A DNA stretch of 63,988 nt, filler included, from Octopus bimaculoides (Eukaryota), in the NCBI RefSeq assembly GCF_001194135.2. It is 5 parts of 5 records of this genome, joined end to end, with 100 filler letters (N's around TTAATTAATTAA, not from the genome) between each part and the next. Parts side by side here need not be neighbours in the genome. Positions count along the whole stretch, not along the records: positions 1 to 23,574 come from NC_068985.1; 4 more parts are not named here. One strand, given 5' to 3'. Numbering within the stretch: position 1 is the stretch's first letter; every line of letters starts with the position of its first letter. This document shows positions 1 to 13,789 of the stretch, piece after piece. The position numbers were made by a program, and so were the translations under genes. The notes under the pieces were generated by a model, which was not told where the DNA came from, ran no database searches, and was given only the letters and a program-made list of their open reading frames with translations.

Positions 1-84
1 TATATATATATATATATATATATATTTCTTAGACAATGTACTTAATGATTGATGATTTATCAATAAACTTTCTTTCTTTTCTAG

Positions 85-263
85 ATACTATTTATAAGTG
101 GCTTGGGGTGTGTCATTGGGCTGGAGAGGACTTTTCGGTTCTTCTTTCAACGGCATAAGGTGAAGGCAACTGGTTTCTTTGTAACTGGTATACTTATTGT
201 ACTTATCGGTTGGCCAGTCATCGGTATGTGCTTAGAAATGTATGGATTCTTCTTATTATTTAG
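85..263 (+). CDS. GOLT1B: GOT1/GOLT1B vesicle transport protein, internal coding exon (ILFISGLGCVIGLERTFRFFFQRHKVKATGFFVTGILIVLIGWPVIGMCLEMYGFFLLF + AG)
   Basis: Polypyrimidine tract with ctag acceptor at 81-84 and GTAAGT donor at 264. The 179-nt open frame carries the Got1-family motifs VIGLERTFRFFFQ and LIGWPxIG. Upstream exons lie outside the window. Confidence 0.96.
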
Positions 264-689
264 GTAAGTTCATTATTTTTTTACACCTAAGTCCCTATGT
301 TCTAGTTATAAGCATTATTTTTCACCGAGAACAAATTTTCAGTGCAATTCACTTGTACTTGCCTCCCTTGCATATATAGTATTATGCTAGAGTTAAGTCC
401 CTTTATTGATATTTAATTTACATATTTAGGGTCTTTCATTCACAAGGCTTCGGTACATCTACGAGGTGTTGCTTTGAGTAAAAGAAAATACAGGAGGATC
501 AGCTAATTATGATTTTTATTCACCATATTCCACTCTTAGATTCACACATATTGTAGCGGTTCTTCAGTTTTTTTAAGCCTTGTAAAAGAACTCAGAAGGT
601 TGGGCCTCCAACAAGGCTTTTCATGATACTCTTAAAGCCAGGAACTTTTCAGCACCCCATCGTAGAAAGCTCGGCAATACAGTCTTCGT

Positions 690-1130
690 ATTAGACTGAG
701 CTCTGTAACAGCAATGTCAAATCTGTCTTAATGCATGACCAAGAAAGTTGTTAAGTAGTAAAAGGAGGCTTAAATATGATCAATACTTTCCACAGACGAT
801 ACATGAAAAAGACCTGCCACATCTTCTGGTTCAACAAAATGTGAGATAAGGAGTCATGCTGTGAAACTTGTTGCTGTAGTGTGATCCTTGAAACAAAACA
901 TCTATAGCTCAGATGGCTGAGCCACACTCAGGATGGATTGGATTAGGATACCAAAGGTAGCATTAAGACTGACATCTCTTGGAAAGTGAAAGCCTGCATG
1001 GCCAAACAACTCCTGATATAGAGAAGCTGAAGATGAGCCAAGAAGATGGGTCTTACATGAGGCAAAGCATAGAGAGTTGCTTAACACTGGTCTGAATGGT
1101 GTCAAATCGTCAACATTTTAGTTCTCAATC
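690..1130 (+). mobile_element. Decayed RTE-clade LINE 3' fragment in a GOLT1B intron
   Basis: Frame-broken translation INTFHRRYMKK.CHIFW..K...LRWLSH...KKMGLT*GKA*RVA..SEWCQIVN resembles the RTE ORF C-terminus. Confidence 0.7.
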
Positions 1131-1659
1131 GAGAAATAAGATATTGGATGCATTTTATAATTTTTTTTTTTTTTAATTTGATTACTTTTTGGTTTGAAAA
1201 CTCTATTTAATAGAATGCAAGAATTTGCTTAACATCTTAAAAGATATTTAAAGGAACATCTTTGAGAGAAGATGTAACAGTAAGAATTAAGATATTTGAA
1301 AATGATAGAGTAATTGGAAGAAGCTAAATCAGTTTTGAAGAGTTGGGTTTCTGGTGGTCAAACACTACCTCAAATCAGGGTTGATGTTCAGTGTAGGATA
1401 TGTTTAAAAGAGTCCCTTTTTTTTTTTTATCACTTAGTCAACAAAGAACTACCGAGCCCAATACTCTTTCAAAGTCTTTGACACTAGTGAGAGGAGAGGA
1501 AGAAAGTAGCCTCAAACTGTGCTGAATGCTGGCAACAGACTGCTCTAATCCTAAAGATATAGATTCTAAGAGCTATTTTTCTCTTTTTACGTTAACATTT
1601 TAATGTTGTATGTGATATAACAACCAGTAAAATACCATCTTATTGTTTGTTTTATACAG

Positions 1660-1741
1660 TGGTTTCTTCCCAGTTGCTGTAAATTTTCTACGTCGTGTAC
1701 CTGTAATTGGCACTATTCTCAATCTACCAGGAATTAGTTCT
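1660..1741 (+). CDS. GOLT1B: GOT1/GOLT1B coding exon (S-GFFPVAVNFLRRVPVIGTILNLPGISS)
   Basis: tacag acceptor and GTAAGT donor at 1742. 82 nt; the phase-2 junction AG+T gives Ser and fits the previous exon. Matches the conserved GFFP..V.F.RRVPV.G..LNLPGI motif. Confidence 0.96.
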
Positions 1742-3589
1742 GTAAGTATCTCTATCTTTTATACATGGATGTATGTTTTAGCACTCAGGTCACACTTGAT
1801 CATCCCATCTTTTTTTTTAAATATATTGTATCAATCACTATATTATCCAATATGTTCTTTCTTTCTTGAAGACAGCTAGTATGATTTGATAGAGTTTTAG
1901 TTATTTTGGCTGTAGTTTGTGGAATAACAAATGATGACCTATAGGCTGGGTCTTGTGTGTGATTATGGGTGACAACTTGACCATCTTTTCTTCAAAATTC
2001 GGGCAGGTTTCATTCTGGAGAAACCCAACATGTGGAAAAGCAAACATTACAGTAAATCAAATATTCCAAAACTAATCTAAGCTTTACTTGTTAATGATCT
2101 CCTTAGATGAAAAAAAAGTGTCTATAGATTAACTTAAATCAACAAGTCAGATTTTTCCTTCTTGTTATGAGATTTGGAACTAAGCTTACTCTGTGTTTGA
2201 AGATGATCAGAAATGTTGATTTAAACAGAATTTAATGCACCATTATCACCATCATTGTTTTACATCTGTTTTTCATGCTGGCATGGGTTGAACAGGTTGT
2301 AGCTGCTCTTGTAGATGGGTCAGGGGACCATAGCTTGCTTGTAAGTTTTATTTTTGGCTTGGTTTCTATGGTTACATGCCCTTCTGACACCAACTACTTT
2401 ACAAAGCTTACTGGGTGCATTTTTTCATGACACCAACACTAGAGAGGACAAAAGGGAGAGAGTGATGGATAGTGAGAATGACTAGATGGCCCAGGGAGAG
2501 AGGGATATAGGTGTATGAAGGATGTGCAGATTTGATAAAGTTACTTAAGTATATACTTCAAGATATCGAGGGAGCTGGGATAAAATTAAGAAGGTGAGTG
2601 GAAAGTTAATAAGAGGATCATACAGGTCCCATGACCTCCCTAGTTGCACTGGAAGCAATGTAGGATGAACCAAAGAGACCCACTGTTATACTTAATCACA
2701 TCAGCAGCATACATTCATAAAAGATTATTTTATTTGAAAATGCTGAATATGCTTTCAGAATATTTATTTTTCGCTGTGATAGACTTGATCCTGGTGTAAC
2801 CCCATCACCTGGCCCTTCAGTACATTTAGCAGAGCCCACCACTTTATTACAAGCATTCAGACTAGGTTTCTAGTATGAAAATTACCCATGTGTAAAGATT
2901 TCTTTGTTATTTTTCTTCCCTTGATCTTGAAGACCCTGCAAAGAAAAGATCTTTGGCACTGCCTTGCCTTCTCTGACCAAGCTGTAAATATTAAATCTGT
3001 TGTGAAAAAGCAAAGGTATTCCTCTATCAACCCAGCAAGTAGATAAACTAATACAACCTGTAAGTTAAGAGGATGAACAAAGTATTTCAGTTGGATCAAA
3101 CATAAAATTAAGATCAACTATGCAATGTTAAAAATATGAATAATTAGCTGATTATCTTTGGTCCATATAGGAAATATCTCTGGAGTTTTCAATCATGTTT
3201 GGGATCTTCAGCAGACTCATAACCCTGCAGTACTTATTGAAATGTTAGTCAATGAGTCAGAATTCCTGAAAGCAGGGTGGGAGGTGGGGTGTAGAAGTGT
3301 TTAAAAGTGAGGTAACATCAAGAATCCAGAGAAACTTGTGGTCGTCTGCATCAGAAAAAGTTAATCCATAAAAGTTCAAAGAAAAATACAATTTACTTTG
3401 AGGATTGACAAATTCAGTGTATATAAATAAAGCAGAAAGTCAGCTGTGAGAGTTGCAGATGGATTTATTTTTCTGTATGACTTTCATATGCTTACAGCCA
3501 TTTCATAACCTTCCTCATGTAGTATTCATTTCATCATGAATATACAATTGCATTGTATAACACTGAGCAAACATATTGATGCAAGGATG

Positions 3590-3770
3590 GAAGAAATTTA
3601 GAGTGCTATTACCTCTATTGGCAAAGTGAAAGGCAGATTGTATGATGGTTGTTTATGAATGGCTATGCTCCATGGTAGTGAGATCTGGGCCCTGAATACA
3701 GATGTCATGTGTATACTGGAGGAGAATTAAGCCAGTATGCTCCGATGGATGTGCAACATCAGTGTGCAGT
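3590..3770 (+). mobile_element. RTE LINE fragment
   Basis: Translates FRVLLPLL..VKGRLYDGCL*MAMLHGSEIWAL...SMLRWMCNISV, matching the RTE YGSETW and MLRW motifs. Confidence 0.75.
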
Positions 3771-3914
3771 CTGTTCCAGTCTGGTTTGGCATTGTTTTTA
3801 TTGCTTGATGTCCTTCCTAATGCCAACCACTCCAGAGTGTAATGGGTGTTTTTTTTATGTGCCACCAGCATGGGTGCTAGTTACATGACATTGGCGACAA
3901 AGTTGGCTTGACAA

Positions 3915-4175
3915 ATTTTCTCAAGCACAGCATATCACCAAATGTTTTGGTCACTTGTCATTGCCTCTGTAAGGCCCAACATTCAAAGATCATACTTCAC
4001 CACGTCATTCCATGTCTTCTTGGGTCTACCTCTCCCACAGCTGTCCTCATTGGCCACAGCTACAATTTTATTTGGCTTAATGGGTCCTCTCAAACACAGC
4101 ATATTGCCAAAGGTCTTGGTCACTTGTCATTGCCTCCATGAGGCCCAATGTTTGAAGTTAGTGCACTTTGCTCAC
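3915..4175 (-). mobile_element. RTE LINE 3' end fragment, partly tandem-duplicated (3915-4045 and 4088-4175)
   Basis: Similar to 40060-40200, whose minus strand encodes GRPRRTWDEV..DL..LGLTE. Confidence 0.65.
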
Positions 4176-4874
4176 TATTCTATTTTCATTACACCAACTC
4201 TATACTTACAGCCATATCACCAGTTTTCATCTCATCTGATCACCAAAGTTAAGTAATGTTGAACTTAGTTTATATTTAATTTGGTGACCTGTTAGGGAAA
4301 AATAGATGCTGTAGTACTTTGGGCAGGTGTCTTCCACTAGAGCCCCAGGTCAAGCAAACTGTGAGAGTGGATTTGGTAGATGGAAACTGAAAGAATCCCA
4401 TTGTACACATATGTGTGTGTTTGTGTGCACCCTTATCCTGATATCATGTGATGATTTTAAATATACATCACTGTCATACAAGCGATGTTGTCTCCAGTCT
4501 TCCTCAGAAATCATGTCTAGCCACAGAGAAATATTACAGGGGAGGGTTGCCAACAGGAAGGGCACCCAGCCATAGAAAATTTTCTTCCACAAACTCCATC
4601 AGACTCATACAACCATGGAAAAGTAGACATTAAATGATAGGGATGATGAAAGGCAGTGTATTTCAACAGAAATGGGGTAACTAAATGTTTATTTGGTGAC
4701 TAACAGTATTTCTCCATCAGCAACCATCATTCTGTTTTCTTCATCCTCTGAATTAAAACTTTGAATATTGTGATATATTTTACCTTTGCAATCAAAAATA
4801 CCTTTTCATAGCTACATTGCATTTTTTCCCTCTAATAATTATATTTTTTCTTTTTCTTTCTTTCCTCATTGTAG

Positions 4875-4913
4875 ATTGTTAACCGACTGGGTGAATCCAA
4901 TTCCATGGTATAG
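4875..4913 (+). CDS. GOLT1B: GOT1/GOLT1B terminal coding exon (IVNRLGESNSMV*)
   Basis: Long polypyrimidine tract and tgtag acceptor, phase 0 as required, TAG stop at 4911-4913. Resembles the vertebrate C-terminus FVDKVGESNNMV. Confidence 0.92.
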   Translation: MVNRLGESNSMV

Positions 4914-7900
4914 TTGTTTTATATTCCCTGCAAACAGAACTTTCATTCCCTCATCTTTCCAGTCTTATGCCCTCACTCCACCACATCACCCAACATTGTG
5001 AATTTTTCAGTTTTTTTTTTTGTATTCTATATTCAGTGATTGTTTTTTTAATTTTTACATCTGTTTTTGTAAAAATTTACTTTGTTTATTTTATATTTAC
5101 ATTGTTTTTATTTCTTTTAAATAATTACTGTAATAATAATTATTATCATTTATTATTATTATTACTTTTGTTATTAGTTTTTTTTTGTTACGATTATTGT
5201 ATTTTTGTTTCCAGTAAAGAACACAAATTCTATTTATATTTTAAATGATGTATTAATTGGTTAAAACTAAGATCTTTACATAAATTAACAAATATGATGA
5301 GTTAGGTGTGCAAGATCAAAACAAAGATGTAGTGATAATAATAATGGTTTAAATTACTTCAAATTACAAGTTTGTCAACAGAAGAACAATCTCTAGAGAA
5401 AACACTAATTTTCTCTCTTCCTCTTTCCTTCTCATATCCCTTCTCTCTTCACTCTTTTTTTCTTCCTCTCTATTCTTTGCCATCCCATTTATAAATGTAT
5501 CTATATGTATAAATGTGCAAGCATCAGTAACACATACATATCTACACACATATATATACACACACATATATATTGTTTTGGGGTTGATAAGTTCAAAATA
5601 AGAACTTGCAAAATTATTTATTATTGATTCAACAAGATATTAAGATTCCTAAACAGAAAGATGACAACAGTTATTTCCTTTCTATCCAGGAATTTTTAAT
5701 ATATTCCTGAATCAATAATAATTATAATAACAGTAATAGATATATATGTGTGCATAATCTGTTTTATATTCCCTGCAAACAGAACTTTCATTCCCTCATA
5801 TAAAATCAAAAGAAAAATATTTATAGCAAAAAGTGCTATGGGCTGATTCTATAGATTTTATCTATTCTCTTTCTAATAGTTAAGCTTTTTTTTTATTGCT
5901 ATATTAAGGTGCTCTAACTCTATGGCTGCCAAACTGATAAATACCAGCACCCACTCTCACACACACACCCCAGGTCCAAAATTGTTAATGAAATTTTTTT
6001 GCTCAAGCCATCTTCATTCATGAGGAAACAAACTGAAGTTTGCATCCATGCGTCTCTTCTTTCTTCACCATCATGCTGGACAAGTTTAAAGCTTTAAAGA
6101 CCATTTTAAGTTTATTAAATATTGGTAGCTGTTTGTACTTTTCCCTTTCAATCCATATAACCCCCAACCCTTGTGGAATTCTACTTTAAATGGTGAGACA
6201 AAATGTAGTTTCAAAACTGCACTTCTCCAACTCAGTTTTTATAACCCTGACCCTAACTCCAGAGAATCAACACACTTTCAGCTCTCCTTCAGTCAAGATG
6301 TCTGATTTATTTCTGCTTTCCAAGGAAAGTGTCGTACTTTGTGTTAACTTTCTTATATACAACATCACTGCCCCCTCACTCTGTCCCCCATTTATTCACC
6401 CCATTTACTCTTCTACTTGCTTTTCTTTCCACTATCTTATAGAAATAGATATATTCATTTATTTATTTGAAGCTGTCACTATTCCACCTTACCTACACTA
6501 TATGATCTTTATTGGGCTGAAGGATTTGTTTAAAGAAAGAACTAAGTTAGTATGTCACAAAAAGAAAAGATATCTAGTGTTTCCTTATTTCCTCTGGAGA
6601 AAGTTATTGGATTTTATTTCCTGACAAAATCTTATATTTGCCTCACTTGTTACATTCTGCTATGTCTTAAGTACACTTTATTTCTTCATTGTACACACAC
6701 ACACACACACACATACACAGATTTCCCACTAAATTCTCTGGATGTTAGACCTACATTTGTTTCACTCCTTATTGAAACCTATCCACACTGTTATTCATAA
6801 CTGTCCTCCTGTTCAGTATGGACAACAAGACTGATCAAAACTTCTGTTGGCAGCAGCGTTTACTGGCAGTTTTGATATTGAATCCATTACTTTACACTGT
6901 CACATGACAATTTGGTTAACTAACTTGATGTCATACACTTACTCAAACAGAACTAATTGTGGTTACTAGAAACCAGCAACAGTAATGGCAATTTATACTT
7001 GTCCTGTATTTAATATATGATTGCCAAGATAAGGGAAAAGAAAACAATCCCTTAGTCCTGCATAGCTTCAGGGAGAATTTTGAACTGAGACTATCATCTT
7101 AGGTGGCTTCCTTGTGCTGCAAGTTTGTTTTTTGCCTACAGATTGGTCCGCATTGCTCTTTGGAAGGGCATGTAACTCTGCTTGTCTCACAAGCTCAACT
7201 CTTATTTCATGTTTGAGTGGTTTGCAGTAAGAAGGGCTTCCAACTAAAAGCATTCCACTAAAAATATGAAAAGAGTAAAAACAAATGTAAAATTAAAACT
7301 CTTAATCAATCTAGTCATGCACACTTCCCATGGCGCCACCAGTAAGTGTTAGCTTTATTTTCTGATGTAATTTAAAGAAGACCTTTATAAGTGAGAGTTA
7401 TCCACCATCTCTGACACTCAACTAGCAAAATAATACAATAATGCTTGTGCTACATCCATGGTTATCATTATTTATGCCAATGTTCAACTGTTTGTCTGTC
7501 CTGGAAGGTAAAAACAAGAAGCAACTTGACCATGCAGGTGCAACTTCACTTGTAACAAGTAGCAGATGGCAACAAAGAGAAGAATTCAAGTAACTATTGA
7601 TTGAAATAAGTGCAAACTTGCTATAGTCTACAGTCTATAGTTCTGCTAATATATTTCTTCAGTGAATAACAGTAAAATGACACTGTTTAGTATTCTATTT
7701 ATGATCCACTTCAAGACTTTTGAGTCAGCTAAGAAGTTGCTGGCTCTTATATCACTCTATCGTGCAGTAAACAGATTGTTTTGCACTGAACATTTGCAAG
7801 TTGGAGAGCAAACAAAGGTTGTACAATAGAATTTTTTTACATTTCTGTATTTTTTTAAGAGTGAAGCCAGTGCCAAAGACCCTTTTGCAAGGGACATCCA

Positions 7901-8139
7901 AGGCTGACAGTGGGAGAGAAAAGCATCCTCTAGCCAAAGACTAGGCACAATTGCTTGCAGTAAAGTGGATTCCACTAAAGGCACCCAAGATACAATGTGA
8001 TGATGTTACACCAGGCAACAGATTTTAATCTACCACCCAAGTAGGGCATGATGGGATCTGAACTCAGATAGCAGAGAGCCAGAAAAGCTATCACATGGCA
8101 TCTGATCTGATGTTCTTAGAATTCTACTTCTCTGGGTTT

Positions 8140-8470
8140 CAGTCAGTGGACTGTGGCCATGCTAGGATACCTCTTTGAAGGGTTTTAGTCAAATGAATTG
8201 ACCCACCCACCACCATACTTAGCTTGGTACTTATTCTATCAGTCTCTGTTGTCAAACTGGGGACGTAAACAAAGCAACATCAATTGTCAAGCAGTGGTGG
8301 GAGACAAACATACTGACATGTATGCATGCACACACACACACACACACATACGACAGGCTTCTTTCAGTTTCTGCCCACCAAATCTGCTTAAAGGCTTTGA
8401 TCAGGTCAGAGCTATAGTAGAAGACACTAGCCCAAGGCATCATGCACTGAGACCCAGAATCATGTGGTTG
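8140..8470 (-). mobile_element. Decayed tRNA-derived SINE (family with ggttcagtcccactgcgtggcaccttgggcaag head)
   Basis: Same motif order as the intact copies at 22660-23165 and 27815-28355, with an internal (CA)n tract. Confidence 0.75.
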
Positions 8471-9559
8471 TATATCAAATTTAAATGGCTGGGAAAAAAA
8501 TGTTGACTTCGGCAGGATTTGAACTCAAAGAGTCAGAACAAATACCACAAGGCATTGTATTCATTGTTCTTCCAACTCTGCCAATTTGCAATGTACTTGA
8601 TGGGAATATGACTTCCAAAAGCAACAGAACTCCAACGAATGTCACTTGTATGTAGCATAACAAATTTGTAACATATATGTTTTGGTACATGGTGCAAACT
8701 ATAATGATAATTGTTATTTTCTGGCACTGATATAAAGCTACAAATTGTAAGAGAAGAAGTGTGATCAGCTGGATGAATCTCAGTTCAATTCTAGTCATTC
8801 GGTTATTTAAAGGTTAAAGGCAAAGTTAACATTGACAAAATTTGAACTTACACCAAAATTTGAACTTACACCAACAAAACTAAAAGATATCCTGAACTCA
8901 ACCATTTTTGTTAATAATAGAAATAAGGATTTTTAACTCTACCATAAGGTCATGCATTTTGAGACAGTGTCTATCAATTTGTAAAGACACATGGCCTAGT
9001 GGTCAGGGTATTGGGTTCATGGTCATATGACCAGAAGTTCAATTCCTGAACCAGTCAGCATGGTGTGTCCTTCAGCAAGACACATCATTTCACATTGCTC
9101 TACCAATCTACTCAGCTGAAAGTAAAGTTCTTGCTAACTGGCTGCTGGTGCCACCATTTCTTTCCTCCATTTGTCGTACCTCGCTGTTCCTTGGTGGCCA
9201 TGGTAAGAGAGCTGAGAGGATGTCTGTGTCTACTTGGAACTACATAGATGCCTAAATAACTAACTTTCCAGTTACAGTTAAGCTTCTATCAGTTTAACTA
9301 GTGGCAGAACATGATTGCTAATGTTTGAAACAAAGTAACATAAGCATTGTACAAGACCACAAATATACACGTGAGAGAGAGAGAGTTGATATAATTGAGA
9401 CAAATATATTCAAGTCAGACCAGATCAGGTATAGGAACCTGTGCCTCTGCAGTGCTTCACTGCATCCACTATTTGTTAGCATCTGCTCGGGTCGTCTCAT
9501 GCAACCCTTCAAGCAGTGTCCCAGTCAGTTCCCATCTCTGCAAGATACTTCCTTATCCA

Positions 9560-10770
9560 CTGTGACCAAGAGGCATGTGGCCAACCAACACAAGCCATAA
9601 CCCCAGCCAGATCTCAAGTATATTGCTGGTACTTATTCCATCAATAGCAGAACAATAAAAGGCAAAGCTCTCATCAGTGAGATTTGAATTCACAATGAGG
9701 CGGGACAGGACTGAATGCCACAAGTACTTCACAGCTCTAAATATTAATACTAATAATTCCTTCTGCTATGGTCACAAGGCCTGAAATTTTGAGGGAGGGA
9801 GTTAAGTCGATTACATTGATTCTAGTGTCCAACTAGTACTTATTTCTTTGGCACCCAAAAGGATGAGATGCGAAAGTTGACCTTGGCATCATTCGAACAC
9901 AGAAGATAAAGATAGATGAAATGTCATTAAGCATTTTGTCCAGCATGCAAACGATTTTTCTTGCTTGTCACCTTAATAATAATTGTTTCTAATGTAGGTA
10001 CTAGACGTGAAATTTTGAGGGGTGAGTGAGTTAGTGGATACCATCAACTCCAATACTTTACTGGTACTTTGTTTTTATTGACACCTCCACCCACACCAGA
10101 ATAGTGAAAGGCATACTGACATCAGGGGAATTTGAACCCAGAAAGTCAATAGATGCAGTAAATGCTGCAAGTCATTTCATCTGACAAATAATTCTGCCAG
10201 TCTACCAACCTCAGTTATAATTTCTTGTGCAGAATACTCTATTCTATTTATTTATTTATTATTATTTTATTAATTAACTTGTCTCCAGTCTAAAGAGAAA
10301 ACCTTTGACAAAACAGTTTATAACATCCTAATCATTTACATGGAACAATGATGCTCAGAACCCAAATTACAGAGCATGTGTGTATGAGAGAAGGAGAGAG
10401 AACGAAAGACAGGAGGTTTGTTCCTCCTGTTGGTGCTGAATGAAAAGCCTGCTTATATTGAGCTTACACATTCATTATTTATAATAGACAATGTTTGTAC
10501 AATGCCTACTGTCCTTTAGGAGGTGTGCCCAGTACTGGTACATATGTTTCCACAAGTCCCAAATATCATCGTTTCTACTATAGGCACAGGGCCTGAAATA
10601 TGGGGAGGAGGGGGCTAGTCATTTACTTCAACCCCCAGTGCTTGACTGGTACTTCAACCCCAAAAGAATGAAAGGCAAAGTCAACCCTGATGGTACTTCA
10701 ACTTGGAATGTAAAGACAAACAAAATATCATTAAGCATTTTGTTTCATGTGCTAATGATTCTGCCGGCTT
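9560..10770 (-). mobile_element. Cluster of about four decayed SINEs (ggcgagctggcagaatcgttag family)
   Basis: Repeated reverse-complement motifs aaaggcaaagtcgacc, gatttgaactcagaa and gtaccagt. Confidence 0.7.
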
Positions 10771-10889
10771 TCCACCTTACAAGCCCCACCCCCCATATAT
10801 GTATATATATATATATATCAAAGTAAGCACATAAATGTGAAACAAGGTGGAAAGAATAGTACTCAAATACCAGAAGTAGAGTAAACCAG

Positions 10890-10931
10890 AACTGTCTGAC
10901 GAATGGGAGTGTGAAACTCTGGTTAACAGTT
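10890..10931 (+). ncRNA. Decayed minimal type-I hammerhead ribozyme motif
   Basis: AACTGT-CTGACGA-ATG ggag TGT-GAAA-CTCTGGTTA-ACAGTT. Stem I is a perfect 6 bp, stem II looks like CpG-decayed ACG/CGT, and stem III is mismatched. Confidence 0.55.
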
Positions 10932-13752
10932 TTAGTGATGCCATTGCACCTCTATTAAGTTTAATCAGGGTGGTTTTAATACATCCTCAACACTAAACTA
11001 TCTTTTTCTTTTTTTTTCTCTAGCCACCTCCTATTTCCCTCCTTTCTCTTTCTTCTACTCCTTCCTTGCTCTCCCCCTTTAATCTTCAGTTTTCCTTTCT
11101 TTTTCACCTCCTCCTCTTCCTCCCTATTCTCTCCCTTCCACTTTACATCTTTCTTTCTGTCTTTGTCCCTTCCTCCTCCTCCTCCACCATACACTGTCTT
11201 TCCCTTCATACATCCCCTTACTATACATCTACTACACTGTCCTCTCTCTCTCTCTCTTTCTCTCTCTCTCCTGTATTACTCATTTCTTCTGTGGAATTGT
11301 CAGGTATTTTTTTTTCTTCAGATTTTTAGTATTTTTTGTGGGTTATTGTTATTGTTCTTTTGCTCTTCGGCTGACTTCTGTGATGACATGTAAATTCTGT
11401 GTGTGTGTGTGTGTGTGTGAAGAGAGAAGAAAGATTGTAAGTTAAAAGAATAAGTAATTTAAGAAATCCTAAAGTGATGCCCCAGCATGACCACAGCCCA
11501 CTAGCTGGTATACTCTTCAGAAAATTGGATTTATGGGATTAAACTGAAGCAAAGTCAAATAAATATATAAAGAGACCGAGAATGCGAGTGATGACAGAGA
11601 ATCACAACTGACCTAGACATTGACCTATTGGCCACAGAAAAGGTCAGTTGTCCAGAAAAGGTGTTGTATCACTGGTACTGCATCAACATTGTGTTCACCA
11701 TGTTAACTCTGAATGTGATCCCTGAGTCCAGTTGACTGTAAATACAAGTACTTTGAGAGGTGGAGAGAAATGGAAACTTAAAAGCAGTTTCATTAATTTG
11801 TGGTGCTATGTTTCAAACCTGCCAGTGGCTGGTCTGCTTCTGTACCATGTCCTTCACCTGAGTTTGAACCTGGTTAAGGAAGATGGAGAAAACTCGATCC
11901 AGTAAATCATCTTAAATAGCTACTTGAAGGTCAAGTCTCCAGTGTTGGTTGCTAATATGGTGAGGTCTTTAGAGATGGCCCTCAAGTTTTTAGATTGGCC
12001 TCTAATAAAATCTCCAACCATACCCTCCCCACAATATAATTCGAGGTTTTTAATTTACACTATCCAAACAACAGAGGCATACAAGCATATTTTTATCTAT
12101 AGCTATGAAACCCCATTTGGACAGTTAAAAGATGCATATGAGGTTCTTTTCTCTCAGATTTGACAACATAGCAAGTAGAGCACATATAAGCATCTTTGGG
12201 ATATTACAGCTGCCTGTGAGCGATGCATATATGCGCCTCTGGGATTTCATAGCTATAGATAAGAGATGCCAATGTGCATCTATAGTATGGATATTGTTAA
12301 AGAAATTGTACAAGAAAAAAATTTAAGGAAAGGAAAATTTGCTATAAACCACTTCATTCATCAACAGAAAACTTGGATGCTGAATTAACTCACCCTGTGT
12401 GTGCTGCACCGCCCCTAAATGTCCAAAGGTCTGATTAAAGGTATTCCAGCCATAACCACTTTACCTTTAATTCAAACATTGTGTGTCTAATACATTACAT
12501 CATCGTTTGTTTTGTTTTTTTAAGACAATAGGATGATTTGAGAAAGATATGGCTTCCTCTTGTGTGCGTGTGTGTGTGAAGGATGTTTGTGGGTTTATTT
12601 TTTTTTTAAGTTTCTCTTTTTTAAAGAAAAATAAATGAAAAAAGAAATATTCATATATAATTGAAGGACAAGAGAAAAAGATTGACTTTTTAAATCTTGT
12701 GTTTTTATTTTTCATTAAAAAAAAAAAGGAAAAGCAAAAAATGTAAAATGCATAAAATATACACTGAAAATGTTTTTCTTAACACCAACGATGGACGTAT
12801 TTAATAAACAGAACTTTGAATCAAACAGTGTTCAGCATATGGTTTTTGTACTGTGTCAACCAAACCCCTTTATCTCAATACCACCAGCCTAAGAGGGCCT
12901 GATATTGCAATGGGTACACTGGCCTATTACATCAGACTAATGACAAGCCTGGTGGTGAACTTGCTTGTATTTGTTTACTGTTAGTTACCCCTGGAAAATC
13001 CACGGGTGATCAATGTTCAATGTTATAGTTGATTACTTGCAACAAACTGTATATAAAGGGATTGATTGAATAAAATATGCTTGTCGTTATCATTTAATAC
13101 CTGAAATAATATATAAATATACACCCAATTACCTTTAAATGTTGCCATTGCTGGCAAGTGTCTCAGCTCAAAGAGTCAACAGGGTACTTGAGTAACAGCC
13201 AAAGAATCAGTGGTCTTCATTCTGACCTCCACCGCAGGTTTGTGCATCTGTTGCCAAAATCACTTTATATTTAATCAAGATAATAGGTGTCACATGTTGA
13301 AGTCATTATTTCTGTAGATATATATAGGTACAACATCAATTTTCTGGAACTTTTGGTTCCGAAACCTTTCCAGATTACTGATCTTTCTGAACCAGAGCTG
13401 CTTGTTTTAGTCAACACACTCTAAATGTTTCAAATATTGAATTTACTTAAAATAATAAAATGAAATGCAGGTACCTGTACATTAGTGCAAATTAGTGCAG
13501 TTATAAAAGTTTTTGGACTATCAGTATCTGGAAAATTGGTGTTGTACTTGTGTATGTGTATCAGTCTATCTATCTATGTATATGTGTGTGTGTGTGTATA
13601 TATCTATATCTATATATATATTATATGCATGTATGGATATTTAGCACTTTCTTTCTTGTGAACAACAGTTAGACGGGATTGTCTGTTCAACTAGGGCAGA
13701 ATAAATATCACAGTACTTTTTGTTCGGATGCACTAGTTTATTAGTTTTACAC

Positions 13753-13789
<37 letters not shown>

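Noticed and set aside
3185-3215. Minus-strand CTGAAGA...GAAA spacing
   Set aside because: No convincing stem I, II or III; probably chance.
6190-6624. 144-aa ORF downstream of GOLT1B
   Set aside because: Low-complexity AT-rich composition, no recognisable motif and no supporting splice context.
12790-13075. GC-richer segment tested as another exon of the minus-strand candidate gene
   Set aside because: Several stops in every frame. This also shows that such segments can be non-coding, so the candidate gene is kept at low confidence.
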